Shown: positions 26,863-39,790 of the stretch, in pieces
How the letters are laid out: each line of letters opens with the position of its first letter
Numbering within the stretch: the stretch's first letter is position 1
Assembly: GCF_009914755.1 (NCBI RefSeq)
Contig: NC_060928.1
DNA from: the human T2T-CHM13v2.0 reference genome, Homo sapiens
DNA: 64,000 nucleotides
Strand: one strand, 5' to 3'
Program-made: the position numbers and the translations under genes
The notes under the pieces: model-generated
The model's database searches: none
The model's input: the letters and a program-made list of their open reading frames with translations, nothing else
What the model was told of the DNA's origin: nothing

Positions 26863-27770
26863 CATTCACTCATTCATTCATTCAACAATTTTTTTTAATG
26901 TTTTCTATGTGCCAATGTAAATAAGACCAACAAAGTCTTTGTTTTCATGGAATTTAAATTCTAGTTGAATGAGAAAGAAAATGAACACATAGAATAAATA
27001 TCAGATGAGGATAGGTGCTATGAAGAAAATAAAACATGGTGCTTGGAGAGTGATTAGATGATGCAATGAAACTTCAGATAGGAGGACAGCAAAAGGCCAG
27101 CTTCAGGAGGTAAACTGTGAGCTGAGACCTGAATTTTGCCAAGGATTAGCCATTCAAAGATCTGATGGAAGAGCATTTCAGACACAAGGAAGAGAAAATT
27201 CCAAGGTCCTAAGATAGGGAACAAGCTTAGAAAATTTGAGGAATAGAAAGAAGGCTGGTGCACAGGCACAGTGGCACATTCTATAGTCCCAGCTACTCAG
27301 GAGGCTGAGAAAGGAGTATGCCTTGAACCAAGGAGTTTGAGGCCAGCCTGGGCAACACAGCAAGACCCACATACCTTTAAAAAAACAAAACTGATATGAC
27401 TACAGTATAGTGACCAAGAATGTAAGAAGAAAGGTGACCAGGGAGAAACCATTAGGGGCCAAATGAGGTAGTGCTTTGCCAGCCTTGGTGAAGAGCTCAG
27501 ATTTGATATTGAGTTAAAGCAAAATCTATTTAAGAGTGTTACACAGAAGAGTAAAAATGCCTTATTTTTGTTGTTAAAAGGTGAATCTAGCTTCTGTGTG
27601 GAGCTTAAATTGCAGGGACAGGAGTGTAGAAACAGACAGTGGGGAAACTATTGCAGTTCCCAGGCAGAATATCCAGGGTGGTAATAGTTTAGAAAAAGAA
27701 CAATGAAAAATTCAGGCTACATTTTACTGGCAGAGCCAACAGAGCTTATTTTCTATTGAAGGTAGGGGGA
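26863..27770 (-). mobile_element. L2 3' region, interrupted by a FLAM
   Basis: Begins 'cattcactcattcattcattcaaca', the reverse complement of the L2 3' end. Confidence 0.8.
27259..27390 (+). mobile_element. FLAM (free left Alu monomer)
   Basis: ~130-bp monomer 'agtcccagctactcaggaggctgag...gaggccagcctgggcaacacagcaagacc' with A tail. Confidence 0.85.
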
Positions 27771-30605
27771 GAGAGATAAAGAAAGAGGACTCGAGTTTAA
27801 TTCTAATCCCAGTCAAGCAGGAAAATGTAAAAACTTATGAAAAAAAGAAAATATCGTTTAAAAAATAAACACTAGATGCATATTAAAGTCACTTGTTAAA
27901 CTAACCCTACTGAAATCCAAAAAAAAACTCCTTTAATTTTAACACAACAATATTCAATTCAAAAACATTTCTTAAGTGCCTACTATGTACAAAGCACTTT
28001 GATAAAACTTACAGATAATACAAAAGATGCAGTTCCTGCTCTCAGTAACTACTAAAAATAGAAGACATATAATTAACCAGAGAATTAATTTTTGGATAAC
28101 GCTTTCAAATCAAGAAAAACATTTATTGAATGCCTACCATGAGCACAGCACTGCTAAGAATAAAAAGTGGTTATATAAAGATGAACAAAATGTGCCATTG
28201 GCAGCAAGTAATTTAAAATCAAAATGAAATACATAATTTCTCCTGGAATTAGCGAACAGAAATTATAAAATATACATCTATCCATTCCATCTTCAATAAG
28301 TTGGGAATCATCATTACTTCACTTTTGAAATCCATCTCTATACTTGCCCAATGGCATCTGGTAGTCATTTTCCCTTCCTCTTTTATATTATGGCTCAGCA
28401 AACATGCTGAAGGGACTATAGCAATCAGCACATTGTGTTTTTCTTATAGTCATACTTTGCTTGGCTCATGCTGTTTTAGGTAGAGAAGCTGCACTGCTAA
28501 ATTAAAAGGCTATGTACTCACAGCGAGTGGGTTCTGATGACCTAAATGATTGGAGGGAGAGTAATGTGCTATGCCATCTGAACTCTGAGTGCACAAAGCT
28601 GAGTCGTGCATGGGGCACAGCTCTGCTTTTCTGTGCATTCATGCACTAGGACTTCCCATTTCACATAATTAGTCACTTTATATTAAAATAATTAATAAGA
28701 AAGGGGTTTAGTATCTTGCATGTTGCTAATGGTCTGTTGCCATGAGCATAAAAATGTTTCAGACGTATCTTTGGAATATAAAAATGTTTCAAGCAAGCAT
28801 TGGGCATTTTCAGAGCTGGGTGGGAGAATAGTGACAGAGTGCTTGTGTTTTTCAGAATGACTGAAACTACCTCATCTGCTACTTATAATTGTAGGTGTTA
28901 AATGCCAATTGTCTGTTTTCATTTGGAAGGGAAATTTTGTATTATGTCAAAGCCAATGGTATGTTTATATTCATGAGATTTGTGGCAAAGGTTGGTAAAA
29001 ATGCTTAAGGCATGGAATTTTTCCATATGGGAGCAATTGAAGGGCAAAATGCAGAATCTTACAGAACAAGCCGACTTTCAGGGTATTCTGAGTACAGCTG
29101 ACTTCTCTATGAGTTCAGATGAATACCTAGAGGCTGGATCTGGCCCTCATAGTGATAAAAATACCATGTTCCCACACTTATGATGATAGACACCTGTTAT
29201 TTAGACAATTTCTACCAACAGCAAAAAAAAAAAAAAGTGAAAATCTTCATTGCCAGCGCTTCCCTACACACAGCTGCTTTCATCCCATACTAATCACAGC
29301 AAAGCAGACACCCATCTTAAAATTGACCAGAGAATGCAAATGGAAATTAAAATCACTAAAGCATCTGAATATGATAACTGTCTGGTGACAGTACTAAGGC
29401 AATTAAAAAAAATAAAGCAAACAGAAATAGAAACAGACAGAGATAGAAAAAGTTATAACATTGCAAATTGTTAAGTCATCAGATTTAAATGTCCTATACA
29501 TGTATACATATAAAGTAAAATATATCTGAGCATAAATGTCTGTTTATCTTTTTGAAAATGACACTACATTATTCATTTAACATTTAGACAGTATCTATCA
29601 TGAGAAAAAAGAAAGAGTTCAGAATGGACTTCATGGAAAATGAGAGTATTTGTCCTGTGTCTTAAAGAAAAACCAAACTCTTTGTGGACGACAAAGACAG
29701 AAGATGATAGTATTGAACTAACAGTTCTTTTCATCCTGTGGGCACGTAATATTCATCCTACTGCCGTGAATGTCTCACCTATGCCTCGCGAAGCTGCCTT
29801 CTAGACTTAAAGTTAGCTCCTTCTGCCAGCATAGCTGGTCCAGTCCTTACCTCGACTGCCAATTTTCCAGCTGCAATTGCTCCTGAGTTATCTAGAGCTG
29901 TGCTTGTGGTTTAGGATTGTGCAACTCAGAATTCCATCAGCATTTTCTCCTGCCTTTCCCATAATTGTCCCAGGGGAACTTAGAACAAAGCAGGTGCTCA
30001 GATATCCTTCCATCTTCCACTTTTTACATATGCCTCATTCAGCATGTGAGAATTATGAACATTGTGGTTTCAATGCTCAGAAAGTGGCTGTGTTCTAGGG
30101 ATGAGCTGTTGTTTGTATTGATCTTGTCCTGTCACTTGATATTCACAAAAGTGTGGAGACTCTAGTGTCATGAGGACACAGATGATGAGAGAAAATGACT
30201 ACTTTGTGGATGTTTCGTTTCCTGTGACGTTTACTGAGTGAGTGTTTGTAAAGATAACTTGCAAACTAGAAAAGTCCATACAAATGTGTGAGAGCAGTTA
30301 CAATGGCATTATCATGCTGTTGGCCTTCCAAAGGACACGCTGACCTTAGGTCAATTTTCTCTCTTTTTCAGTGATAGCACCATTAGACAATATACATATT
30401 TCTACATGCTTTTATATAACTTATACCTAAACCCTATCAGCCACAATTGGAGTTTGATTATTGTAACTTCGAAGCACATTTGGCTCACTGAGAAACTTAA
30501 CATACTAAGGCTGTAGTTGATATTTCAGCATAGACACTACCTAACCTGGACCACTCTCTAAGAGTGAAGGGAAAAAGAGCTGCATGTTAGTTTCAGTCAA
30601 AAGCT

Positions 30606-30856
30606 CATACTGCAAGCAGTAAGCAATTGACACAAATTTGTTGAAAGGACAGCGGACATGTTTTGAGACACTGGTATATTCTTTCTTGTCTTTCTCTGGT
30701 TCATTTGCCATTTTCCCAGGTGATTATTTCACCACTTCTCTCTCTTCAAGGCTAGACTTCTCCAAAATTGCTGGTGTCTCCATTTGCCCCCACCCCTAAG
30801 ATCTACATTCTCCCCTTCTCTGCTCCTCTGTCCTCTGGGAATTGACCTATAAATGC
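30606..30856 (+). repeat. Local direct duplication B, copy 1
   Basis: Aligns to 32579-32834 with about 22 substitutions and one 5-bp indel (hand count). Confidence 0.95.
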
Positions 30857-31199
30857 CAAAGGAACCTTAGAGACCATGTGTTTGACAGATCCCAACCTGG
30901 AACCTATGCTGTTTCACATATTTTCTAAAAATGATAAGATAAATAGGATTTTTTTCATATAATGACATCACACATGGAAACAAAAATATGTTTACTTGAT
31001 TTTAATTGGAATTATGTGAACATGTGATAGAGGAATCAATAAAAAAAGGAGTCTTTGGTGAACTATTAGTCAATTAAATAGTTAATCAATTATTAACTAT
31101 TTTCATAACAATTGATTTTGAAACAAATCATTAATTTGAAAGAAAATCCCCCAGTTATCTCCTGTCTTGTCCTCTTTTTAACACATGCTCCAAGCCACT

Positions 31200-32620
31200 A
31201 CATTGTGACATTTCTTACAAAATTAAACCTGATCAAGAGCTTCCTTATTTGTATAATCCTTTAAAGATTCTCATTTGCCTAGGGAACAAAACCATACTCT
31301 TTATCAGCGCACAGAAGACATTCAGTGTCCCAGCCCCAGCCTACCTTTAGAGCCTCATTTCTCACTTAGCTTCTCATTTCCTTCTACCCACTAACAACGC
31401 CCACTCTTCCCAACCTCAAACCATACAAAACTGCATGACTTGCAGTTCCTCAAAAATGCCAGGATATTTCAAGCTGCCTCGCCTTTGCATACACTGCTTC
31501 TTCTGCCAGGAGTGTTCTTCCCATCTTTGTATGCCTAGCAAACAAACACCTACTCATCTTTCAAAATTCAGCTCAAGTATCACCTTTCCTAGGAAGAGTT
31601 TCCAGATTCCCCCCTCCTGGATGTCCACCCCAGTAGAATTATCATTCCTTCATTTAAAGTGTAGATATCGTAATACATTTAGCATCGGGCACATATTCTC
31701 ACTTACATGCCTGCTCTGGTGCCCCTACTCCATTCAGTCTCCTTCCTGCCATTGCCTTGATTGTTCTAATGGCCAGGAAATTTACCTTATCCTAGCATCC
31801 CCAGTACTAGCATCCTACCATTTAGTGTTTGTGAAAGGAACAGAGAAGGTAGAGATGAAGGAAGGGAAGGAAGCAAAGCCAGAAAGTCCTAGCACCTGTA
31901 CCTAAAATTATATTTCAAATCTAATAACTCAGCTGTCCAGGAGCATCTCAGCTGCTACTCCTCTCATCCAAGCTGCTCTCATCTGGACTTCTGTAACAGT
32001 CTCTCTCTGGTCTCCTTCCTTCCCCTTTGGCCGTATGATGGTCTATCCTTCACACATCTGCCAGAGTAATCTTTCCAAAAAGGAACTTGGATCATATTAT
32101 TTCTCTGCTAAAACCTTCCATGGTTTTACAATTTTTTAAAAAAAAAAGCACCTAAGTGTTTCATGCCAATTTACCTCTCCAATCTCATCTGGCATGGTGC
32201 TTCTCCTAGTTCAGTACCATACAGCCACACTGTGTTTATTTCTTTCTCACCAAGACAGCAAAGCTTTCCTGTCCCAGGGCCTTTGCACTTAATATGTCAG
32301 GAATATTCTTCCTAGAACTCCATGTGGCTGCTTCCTTGAGATAATTAAAGATAAGTTCAAATAAAATCTTCAAAAAGAAGTCCTCTCCACCACATTGGTT
32401 AATGTAGCCCAAAACCCATCCCAAACACTATAATTGTATATATAGAATGTATGGCTATCTAGGTTTATCGTTTATCTATTTGTTTACTGTTTTCTGCCTG
32501 TTTTTCCCATTGGTAAAATGAAGAATAGCTTTGTCTTGTTCATCACTCTATTTCCAGGGCTTAGAACAAGTCTAGGTACATGCTGCAAGCAGTAAGCACT
32601 TAACACATATTTGTTGAAAG
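31200..32620 (+). mobile_element. Two L2 3' fragments in tandem
   Basis: 'gcctttgcatacactg...ttcagctcaagtatcacctt' and 'ccagggcctttgcactt'; ends 'cacatatttgttgaa'. Confidence 0.7.
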
Positions 32621-32834
32621 GAGAGGAGACATGTTTTGAGTCACTGGTATAATCTTTTTTGTATTTCTCTGGTTCATTTACTCTGCCATTTTTCTAGGTG
32701 ATTATTTCACCACTCCTGTCTCTTCAAGGTTAGACTTCTCCAAAATTTCTAGTGTCTCCATTTGCCCCCACCCCTAAGATCCACACTCTCCCCTTCTCTG
32801 CACCTCTGTCCTCTGGGAATTTACCTATAAATGC
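32579..32834 (+). repeat. Local direct duplication B, copy 2 (probable source)
   Basis: Continuous with the L2 3' end on the left and the LTR16C-like element on the right; offset 1973 bp from copy 1. Confidence 0.95.
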
Positions 32835-33167
32835 ATCATCTAGGGTGCCCTACTGCCTGGCTTCCCAGAGTTTGTCAATGGGAATCTTTGGAGGGACATC
32901 AAAGGGCAGAAGAAAGAGATCATGATAGTTCCTGCCTGCTCCCTGCCTGCTGTGGACTGTGGTTCTGGAAGTTGCTGCATCCTTAGAAATATACAGCTTC
33001 TGAAGGGCAGTTTCTCCCCTTGACTTCCTCCTGTAAGCATAAAAGCGAACTCATTTCCTGCTCTTGTTAGTCTCCTTTGAGTTTTCCTAACCTTTCCAAT
33101 ACATTAAAAAGCTTTTTGAACCATCTGAGTTAGATTCTATTTTCTGGTGTGGCCTGGACTAAGGCAT
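32753..33167 (+). mobile_element. LTR16C-like ERVL LTR
   Basis: 'ctggcttcccagagtttgtcaatggga...gggcagaagaaagaga' and end 'ttttctggtgtggcctggactaaggca'. Confidence 0.65.
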
Positions 33168-33299
33168 TCATCTCAAGCCAATGATACTGCTTTCCACTTT
33201 ACTAAGAAAATTGTGACACTCAAAAGAGAATTCCAAAGACCTATCCCACTACATTACCAGCATCTGTTTCAATTTCCTCTGCCATCTTGCTTGAGAGTC

Positions 33300-33898
33300 T
33301 AGAGCTGCCTGTCCAATGTTGTAGCCACTAACCGCAAAGTGGTCATTGACCAGTTGAATGTGGCTAGTATGACTGAGAAACTAAATGTTTGATGTTATTT
33401 AACTTTAATTAATATAAATTTTAAATTAGAAAACATAATTCAGTTATTGACAAATTTTAACCATGTTTCAAACACGTGGATAGATAAATCATGTTCTGGA
33501 ACAATACACTTTTCAAAATCCAAATACCAATCATGTATTAATGATGAAAATTTAGTAACTACATTGAGATGAGGTGTAAATATAAAATAAAAAAGAATGT
33601 TGAAGATTTAGTACAAAATAAAGAATGTAAAATAACTCAGTGATTGTTATGTTATTGTATATTGAAATAATAAAATATTTATTATGCAGAATAAATAAGT
33701 TATAAAATTAATTTACCTGTTTATTTCTTTTTTTGTTGCTTTTCTAGACACAGGGTCTCACTCTGTTGCCCAGGCTGGAATGCAGTGGTGCAATCATATC
33801 TCATAGTAACCTCAAACTCCAGGCTAACATGATCCTCTCATGTCAACCTCCCAAGTGGCTAGAACTACAGGTGTATGCCACCATGTCTGGCTAATTCC

Positions 33899-33941
<43 letters not shown>

Positions 33942-34270
33942 TGTAGAGACAGCATCTTGCTATGTTTTCCAGGCTGGTCTTGAACTCCTGGCCTCAAGCA
34001 ATGCTCCGACCTTAGCCTCCCTATGTAGCTAGGACTAAAGGTGTGCTTCACCATGCCCACCTAATTAAAAAAAAAATTTGCAGAGGTGGGATCTCTCTAT
34101 GGAGCCCAGGCTTATCTTGTACTCCTGTCCTCAAGTGATCACAAAGCTCAGAGATTACAGGTGTGAGCCACCGTGCCTGGCCCTGCTTTTTCTTGTTTAA
34201 AATGTGGTTACTGGGAAAATGTAAATTATAGGTATGGCTTCTATTCTTTTTCTATTGCACAGCACTGCTC
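33300..34270. mobile_element. Charlie1/MER33-type hAT element split by an Alu
   Basis: Ends 'ctgtccaatgttgtagccacta' and 'tttctattgcacagcactg'. Confidence 0.7.
33724..34182 (-). mobile_element. AluJ-grade composite with three monomers
   Basis: Right arm, (att)n linker, left arm, A-rich linker, second left arm. Confidence 0.85.
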
Positions 34271-34460
34271 CAGATCTATTCTCTGTTCCCCTAATTTTAC
34301 AAAATTGGTCCCTTGTGTACTAGCTTACACACCTCTTACCTACTCAAACATACCCTCCAGCAATTCTCTCTCGCTCCAAAATTATCAAGGTCTCCACTCA
34401 GTTCAATTTTTCGCCTCTGCACATAGACATGTAATATTTTTCCATTCAAGAAAAATCTTC

Positions 34461-37400
34461 AAGAAGGCAGGAGTACCTAGACTTATGTCAGATAAAACAG
34501 ACTTTAAATCAACAATAGTTTGTTTTTTTTTTAAGGGCAAAGATCATTATATATGATCTTTATATATGATCTTTGCCCTTAAAATGATAAATGGATTAAT
34601 TTGGCCAGAAGATACAACAATTCTAAGTATATATGCACTCAGCACCAGAGCACCCAGATTCATAAAACAAATACTAATAGACCTAAGAAAAGAGATACAC
34701 ATCAATACAATAATAGCGGGGAACTTCAATACTCCTCTGACAGCAGTAGGCAGGTTATCAAGGCAGAAAATCAGCAAAAAACTCTTGACTTAAATTAGAC
34801 TCTGGACCAAATGAACCTGACAAACATTTACAGAACGTTCTACCCTACAACAGAATATACACTTTTCTCTCCTGCACATGGAATATTCAAAGAAATTTAG
34901 TCTTAATTATATAATTCTTAATAGATGCATTTTCCAATTGATGGTCAAAGAAATTGACCATATGCTAGGCCACAAGGCAATTCTGAATAAATTTTTAAAT
35001 ATAAAAATTATATCAAGTAACTTCTCAGACCACAGTGGAATAAAACTGCAAATCAGCACTAAAAAGGACCCTCAAAACTATACAAATAGATGGAAACTAA
35101 ATAATTTCTTCTGGAAAGATTGTTGGATCAATGATGAAATAATGGCAGAAATCAAAACATTTTTTGAAATTAATGAAAAAAGAGACATAAAATACCTAAA
35201 CCTCTTTGGCACAGCAAAAGCAGTGCTAAGAGAGAATTTTCTAGCAATAAATGCCTACATCAAAAATATAGAAAGAACTTAAATTAACAACTTAACATTG
35301 CACCTCAAGGAACTAGAAAAACAAGAACACACCACACTCAGATTGGGCAGAAGAAAAGAAATAACAAAGACAAAAACACATCTAGATGAATTTGAGACCA
35401 AAAAAAAATGAAAGAAAAGATGGTTCTTTTATAGGATAAGCAAAATTGATAGACTTCTAGCTAGATTAACAACAAAAAATGAGAGAGGATTCTAATAAAT
35501 CAGAAGTGATAAAGGTGTCAGTATGACTGACACAACAGAAATATAAAAGATCATTAGAGACTGCTATCAGCATCTATATGTGCACAAACTAGAACATCAA
35601 GGGGAAAAGGATAATTTCTGGAGACATACAACCTCTCAAGATTGAACCAGGAAGGAATGGAAATCCTGAACAGACCAATAATGAGTAGAGAAATTTAATT
35701 AATAACAAGAAGACCTCCTAAGAAAAATAAACCTAGGACCAGCCAAGTTCACAGCAGAATTCTACCAGACATACAGTGAAGAACTGATACCAATCTTACT
35801 GAAACTATTCCAGAAAATCAAGAAGGGAATCCTCCCTAACTCATTCTGTGAAGCCAGTATCAGCCTGAAACCAAAGCCATGCAAAGACACAACAAAAAAT
35901 AGAACTGCCTACCGATATGCCTTATGAACACAGATACAAAAATCTTCAATAAAATGCAGGGAAACTGAATCGAGCAGCTCATCAAAAAGATAATACAATC
36001 AAGTGGGGTTTATTTCAGGGATGCATGGATGGTTCGACATACACAAACCAATAAAATGTGATTCACCACATAAACAGAATTAAAATGAAAACCATATGAT
36101 CATATCAACAGATGCAGAAAAAGCACTCAAAAATCCAGCATCCTTTCAAGATTAAAAAAAAAAAAACCCCTTACCAGAATAAGCAGAGAAGGAACATACC
36201 TTAAAATAATAAAAGCCGTACATGGCAAACCCACAGCCAATACCATAATGAAAGGGGAAAGTTAAAAGTATTCTCCCTATGAACTAGAACAAGACAAGTT
36301 TTCCCACAGTCACCACTCCTACTCAACATAGTACTGGAAATCCTAGCTACAGCAATCAGACAAGAGAAAGAAATAAAAGGCATTCTAACTGGAAAAGAGA
36401 AAGTCAAGTTATCTCTGTTTACTGATGATACGATCTTATATCTAGAAGATGCTGAAGACTCTTCTAAAGGACTCCTGGGTTTGATAAAGACTTTAGTAAA
36501 ATTTTAGGATGCAAAAATCAATGTACAAAAATTAGTAGCATTTCTATACAGCAATAATGTGCGAGCTGAGAAATTAATAACTCAATCCCATTTACAATAG
36601 CTACAAAAAAGAAAAATAGCTAGGAATACATTTAACCAAGAAAGTGAAAGATTTTTAGAAGAACTGCAAAATACTGATAAAAGAAATAATAGATGACACA
36701 AACAAATCAAAATACATTCCATATTCATGGATTGGAAAAATCAATATCATTAAAACAACCATATTGCCCAAAGCAATTTACAGATTCAACGGAAGTCCTA
36801 TCAAACTACTAACATCATTCTTCACAGAATTAGAAAAAGTTCATTTAGAACCAAAAAAAAGTCTTAATAGCCAAAGCAATCCTCAGTAAAAAGAATAAAG
36901 CTGGAGGTATCACATTACCTGACTTCAGATTACACTACAAGAGTTTAGTAGCCAAAACAGCATGGTACTGGTATAAAAATAAACACATAGATCAATGGAA
37001 CATAATAGAAAATAAAGCCACCTACCTACAACCAACCAATCTTTGACAAACTCGATAAAAATATACATTTGGAAAAAGAAACATTATTTAATAAATTGTG
37101 CTGGGATAATTGGAGAACCACATGCATGACTATCTGTCACCATATACAAAAATTAACCAAGATGGATTAAAGACTTAAATTTAAGCCTTGAAATGATAAA
37201 AATTCTAGAAAAAACAAACTAGGAAAACTGTTCTGGACATTGGTCTAGGTAAAGAATTTATGACTAAGTCTTCAAAAGTAATGCAGCGAAAACAAAGAGA
37301 GAACAATGGGACTTAATTAAACTAAAAAGATTGTGCACACCAAAAGAAATAATAAACAGAGTAAGCAAACAACCTAAAGAATGTGAGAAAAAACTGACAA

Positions 37401-38317
37401 AGTATTCATCCATTCAACAAAGGACTAATATCCAGAATCTGCAAGGAGCTCAAACAACTCAACAATAAAAAAAAAATCATTGAAAAGTGGACAAAGGACA
37501 TGAATAGACATTTTTCAAAAGAAGGCATACAAGCAGCCAACAAACATATGAAAAAAATGCTCAACATCATGAATCATCAGAGAAATAAAAATTAAAACCA
37601 CAATGAGATGCCATATCACACCAGTCAGAATGGCTATTATTAAAGTAAAAAAAAACAACAGATGTTGGCAAAGATGAAGAGAAAAGGGAACACATATACT
37701 GTTGGTGGGAAACCTGTATGGAAAACAGTATGGAGATTTGTCAAAGAACTAAAAATAGAGCTACTCTTTGATCCAGCAATCCCACTGTTGGGTATCTACC
37801 TGAAGGAAAATGAACCATTATATTAAAAAGGCACCTGCATTCATATGTTTATTACAGCACTATTCACAACAGCGAAGTCATGGAATCAACCCAAGTTTCA
37901 ATCAATGGATGATAGGATTTTTTTAAATGTGATATATACAGACACACATGTACACACACACACACCATGGAATACTACTCATCCATAAAAACGAATAAAA
38001 TCATCTCTTTTACAGGAACATGGATGGACCTGGAGGCCATTATCCTTAGTGAAATGACTCAGAAACAGAAAATCTAAAACCACACATTCTTACTTATAAG
38101 TGGGAGCTAAACAATGTGTGCATACATGGAATAACGCACATTGAAGACTCCAAATGCTGGTAGAGTGGTATGAGGGTGAGGGGTGAAATACAACATATTG
38201 GATACAATGTATACTCTTTCATGACAGTTACATTTAAAGCCCAAATTGCACCACATTGCAATATATACATATACTGCAACAGCACTAGTACCCCTAAATC
38301 CATAAAAATGAAAAAAG
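34461..38317 (+). mobile_element. 5'-truncated L1 (L1PB-like), decayed ORF2 and 3' UTR
   Basis: Endonuclease motifs KKAGV..L.SDKTDFK, IIAGNFNTPL, IDHMLGHK, FSDHSGIKL; RT region; 3' end 'cacattgcaatatatacat...gtacccctaaatccataaaaat'; many stops and frameshifts. Confidence 0.93.
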
Positions 38318-39292
38318 TCAAAATATTTTTAATTACAAAAATAAAAAATTAATGTCAAAATATTTTAATTACAAAAATAAAAAAATAAGTAAAAATAAAC
38401 TTTTTTTAAAAAGATAGGTGTGCTATTGAGAAGCTTCATCCTAACAATTATCTTGAAGACTGACCAGTTTGCAGCAGCAGTTCTCATGAAACCTAAGAAA
38501 TTCACTGCAGAAAGGAGTTAAAAGCTATATCTGATTTCTGCTTCTAAAGAGATGAAATAGAAGTCTAGACTCCATCTAGAAGACCCTGGGGATCATCTGG
38601 TCCAATTTCCTCCTACACCTATTCACTGGTAGTGCTTGAACTCTGGGAACTTGCCTTCCAATCAAAGGCTATTCCCATTATCATACACTGCGTTTTCTCA
38701 CATGCATGTATATATTTACACGCACAATCAAAGATTGTAAATGCCAGCTACTGTTAACTGACAAGAAACTTTGTGTTTGTTTGTAATGTAGTTGTGAATA
38801 AACTATAGCCCAATTTCTACTAAAAAAATAGTATTATGTCCTTAGGCAAGCAAGGCCACATAAAGGGATTTTACCTAGAACTTAGTTGAAGTATAATATG
38901 AATCATATTTTAGCACCTAATCACCATTTGTGTAACCACCACTATGGGAAACAGTACACAAGGATGCAATTCATTGTACTGAATACACCTCAGTGCCAGT
39001 TCCATAAACAAGAAAGGGAAGCCCCCCAAAAATATTTCTGCTGTTTCTCCAAGGTGAAGGTTCATGTCAAACAATAACACAGTTGCTAGTGAAGAAAGTG
39101 TAGCATTTCCTGATAGCTGGGAAAACAGACTTTAACAGGTTTGCTACCAAAGTATCATTCCCAACAGAGTAATAGTTACTGTTTTCATACTTGAGGTCTT
39201 AGGCATATTATTAAATTAAATGCTAAAACTCTGCTTAAATTAATAAACAATACTGAGTACATAGTACACTCATTCTCCATTATTTCAGCTTT

Positions 39293-39790
39293 TGTATATA
39301 TGGTAGGCTCCCTTCATTATGTCTTCATCTTAATCTGGAAGCTGTGAATGTATTACCTTAGATGGCAAAAGAGACTTTGAAAATGTGAGTAAGGTTAAAA
39401 ATTTTGAAAAAGAAGATCATGAATCCTTAAAAGCTAAGAATTTTTCCCAGCTATAGTTAGAGAGGGAGACACAACTATGGAAAAGGGTGAGAGAGTTGAG
39501 GTTCAGAGGGTTGAGAGGTGAAAAAGTCACTACCCACTATAGTTGGCTTTGAAGATGCTAGAAAGGGGCCACAGGTCAATGGATATGGGCAACCTCTAGA
39601 ACCTGGAAATGTCAAAGAAACATTTTCCCCAGGAGCTGCCAGCAAGAGACATATCCCTGCCAATTCATTGCTTTTGGTCCAGTGAGACCAGTGTCAGACT
39701 TCTGACCTATAGAACTATAAGATAATACAAATGTGTTGTTTTAAGCCAGTACATATGTGGTAATTTGTTAGGCCATAGGAATAAAATCCT
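39293..39790 (+). mobile_element. MLT1D/E-like LTR
   Basis: 'tgtgaatgtattacctta', 'tggctttgaagatg', 'gtcagacttctgacctatagaactataagataat'. Confidence 0.8.

Noticed and set aside
31076-31102. 11-bp inverted repeat aaatagttaat/attaactattt
   Set aside because: Very AT-rich context makes chance likely; no function can be supported
31435-31905. 156-aa ORF
   Set aside because: Lies within an L2 fragment and shows no recognisable domain
34461-38317. Functional L1 ORF2
   Set aside because: 5'-truncated with many stops and frameshifts
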